Source: Promethearchaeota archaeon (lineage in GTDB: Archaea; Asgardarchaeota; Hermodarchaeia; Hermodarchaeales; Hermodarchaeaceae). Taken from it: DNA of 15,679 nt. The translations under genes were made by a program, and so were the position numbers. Position 1 is the stretch's first letter, and each line of letters opens with the position of its first letter. The DNA lies in assembly GCA_048939245.1 (NCBI GenBank), contig JBHLPR010000051.1:1-15679 (forward strand), read 5' to 3'. Below the pieces are notes generated by a model. The model worked only from the letters and a program-made list of their open reading frames with translations, searched no databases and was not told the origin of the DNA. Shown here piece after piece: positions 13,937 through 15,679 of the stretch.

Positions 13937-15091
13937 CTATCGTGGGCGGCAGATATCCCACGCTAAAAGCGAATAAAAGAACGAGCCTGGGTCAATGAAA
14001 TTTAATATCAATGTGAAAATTGTGTGAACTCCAGGGTCATTCAGAAAACCTTGCACGAATGGGATATATGGGGAGATTAAACTCAGAAAGGTGTTGAATA
14101 GGCTTAGAACAAGGGCAACGAATAGACCGAGGAGGGAGCCAAGAGACGATCCGAAGGAGACAAAGTAAATCATAGCTGAGGCAAATGCTGGTACCGCAAG
14201 CATAAACCGCTGGTTTGAGCTGAGTATTATCGTCATATAGTACACATAAGGATCAGAATACCATTGGCCCGTTGCCCAGGCCAACCAACTAGCAATGGCA
14301 TATGGAAGTGCTGACTGATGAAGCGCGGGAACCCCATTCCCAGGTATGGTAAGAACATAGGGTCCAGACATCGCCATCACATAGCTTCCACTATACCAAT
14401 TGCCGCTGTAATAGGCGCCACCAAGCGTTGCCCTGCCATCAACGAATCCAGCAGTGAATCCAAATCCAGAAACCCACCAGGGTGCTTGGAAGTACGCTAG
14501 ATCAATTACTGCTAGGGGAAGGAATCGATATTGCTTAGGGATGAGGGCTTTTGCCACGACGAGTTCGAAGAATTGAAAGAAACTATTGATTGCTAGTTCT
14601 AAATTCCCTCTGGAACTATGCATTAGTGCTATTATGCAAAGTGATGCTAATTCTGCATCTACAACTCCATCGAACCCCAGAATAAGAGACCTCGATCTAA
14701 TACTTGAGACGAATTGTGCTGCTTCTTGTGAATAGCACGAAGCAAAATATTGGCGTCCTGAAGGTGTACATAGTGCCAGCCTAGCAAAATCGGTCCAATG
14801 GATTTCATGTGAGCCAATTGCAACTCCTTTCTCCGATCCGTGTGCAACATAGATGACATCAGAGATGGCTCTCCAAAAAATCAGTGAAAAATGGGGACTC
14901 CCATATTTGACGATAATTGAATTCGGGAATTCACTTAATATCATACTCGCAACTGCAATTTCTCCTTCGCTTTCTCCAAAAAGCACAACTAGTGGTGCAG
15001 TAACAGGCGTTGAATAAGCAGAGATAAGGGGTAAACCAAAGAGAATAACTGTGATACTTAAAACGAGTAATGCACTCTTCCATTTTTTCAG
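13937..15091 (-). CDS. Putative exported/membrane caspase-CHAT-like (clan CD) protein with C-terminal hydrophobic helices
   Basis: The frame stays open upstream of the ORF-track GTG (14986) to 15118 and encodes KKWKSALLVLSITVILFGLPLISAYS, a signal-peptide-like sequence, right after a CTG at 15091. Motifs VIYVAHG and YFASCYS resemble the His-Gly/Cys dyad of CHAT/caspase-fold peptidases. Confidence 0.55.
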   Translation of the reverse strand: MKKWKSALLVLSITVILFGLPLISAYSTPVTAPLVVLFGESEGEIAVASMILSEFPNSIIVKYGSPHFSLIFWRAISDVIYVAHGSEKGVAIGSHEIHWTDFARLALCTPSGRQYFASCYSQEAAQFVSSIRSRSLILGFDGVVDAELASLCIIALMHSSRGNLELAINSFFQFFELVVAKALIPKQYRFLPLAVIDLAYFQAPWWVSGFGFTAGFVDGRATLGGAYYSGNWYSGSYVMAMSGPYVLTIPGNGVPALHQSALPYAIASWLAWATGQWYSDPYVYYMTIILSSNQRFMLAVPAFASAMIYFVSFGSSLGSLLGLFVALVLSLFNTFLSLISPYIPFVQGFLNDPGVHTIFTLILNFIDPGSFFYSLLAWDICRPR

Positions 15092-15214
15092 CCCAATTCC
15101 CTCTGAACTGTTGATAAATCATTGTTGTTGCGATTTAAGTGTTCTGGGAACTCGGTGAGATAAACGACGCTGTCTAAGGGGTTCTTCTGTAACAGCCCCT
15201 TTAGCATCCTTGCA

Positions 15215-15231
15215 GAAGATAATTTATCTTC
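15215..15231. promoter_or_regulatory. Perfect 8-1-8 inverted repeat GAAGATAA-T-TTATCTTC, candidate operator
   Basis: Directly visible palindrome in the intergenic region about 125 nt upstream of the protease-like gene. Confidence 0.4.
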
Positions 15232-15529
15232 GGTGTTTGGGCATTGGCAGACCTTTCACGAGCGATGACAGGGTAAGGCTGCAGCTGACTTTTTCCCGTT
15301 ATCAGCCAAGAAAACTCCGGAAAAAATTATCTGGTTATCGCTCCCAAGAACGCCTTCTTTAGTCTTTGCGGGTACGCAGCAGTGCATACTAATTTTTGCA
15401 GGTTAACTTTCTAACCACATATTTCGCTTGTAAGATTAATACCGAAGGTGTATGTGGAAAGAGAGCTACCGCTTTTCAGGTATTACTAAGATAAATCCGG
15501 ATGTCATTGTCATCACTCAATGTGCATCA

Positions 15530-15679
15530 TCATCTCTCTGTTACAGCCTTTAGTCGTTCATATGCATCAGAGCTCTCTGAAAATGGACATACCTTCACAC
15601 AAACCGAGCACCCATAGTACTGTGCAAAGTATTCGAAACAATCCTGTTGAGAGATATTGGTTATTCGACCTGAATCATG
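15530..15679 (-). CDS. C-terminal fragment of a 4Fe-4S dicluster protein (QueG/reductive-dehalogenase-like tail)
   Basis: Not in the ORF track. The minus frame from the window edge reads HDSGRITNISQQDCFEYFAQYYGCSVCVKVCPFSESSDAYERLKAVTER-stop, with a C-x9-CxxCxxxCP motif. Confidence 0.7.
   Translation of the reverse strand, partial: HDSGRITNISQQDCFEYFAQYYGCSVCVKVCPFSESSDAYERLKAVTER

Noticed and set aside
1-15679. CRISPR array, rRNA, tnpA, JAMM deubiquitylase, cullin, Vps36
   Set aside because: No regularly spaced repeats or diagnostic motifs for any of these were seen in the window.

Overview
Archaeal window, very probably an Asgard archaeon, inferred from an archaeal-type LeuRS, BRE/TATA promoters and a cluster of eukaryotic-signature genes. 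The core is a ubiquitin-ESCRT locus. A minus-strand ubiquitylation module (RING E3, ubiquitin ending in GG, E2, E1) diverges from a plus-strand ESCRT-I/II operon (coiled-coil protein, UEV-Vps23, Vps28, a 97-aa ORF, Vps22), and that operon converges on a Vps4-Vps25 pair. A TnpB-only IS200/IS605-family element with a Fanzor-like rearranged RuvC site sits between the two divergent modules. The left flank holds a partial ZnuA-like binding protein, a Cys-rich microprotein, leuS and a Zn-ribbon-Yip1 protein. The right flank holds a small membrane protein, a putative exported caspase/CHAT-like protease and a partial 4Fe-4S protein. The most notable observations are: (i) the RING E3 carries an ungapped match to the cullin-binding N-terminal strand of Rbx1/Apc11; (ii) the 97-aa ORF looks like a stand-alone duplicate of the Vps28 C-terminal domain; (iii) the ubiquitin lacks the canonical chain-forming lysines; (iv) the TnpB has a rearranged RuvC; (v) a clan-CD protease has a hidden signal peptide behind a CTG start. 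No ESCRT-III or JAMM deubiquitylase gene is visible in the window. All assignments come from motif recognition and alignment by eye; no searches were run.
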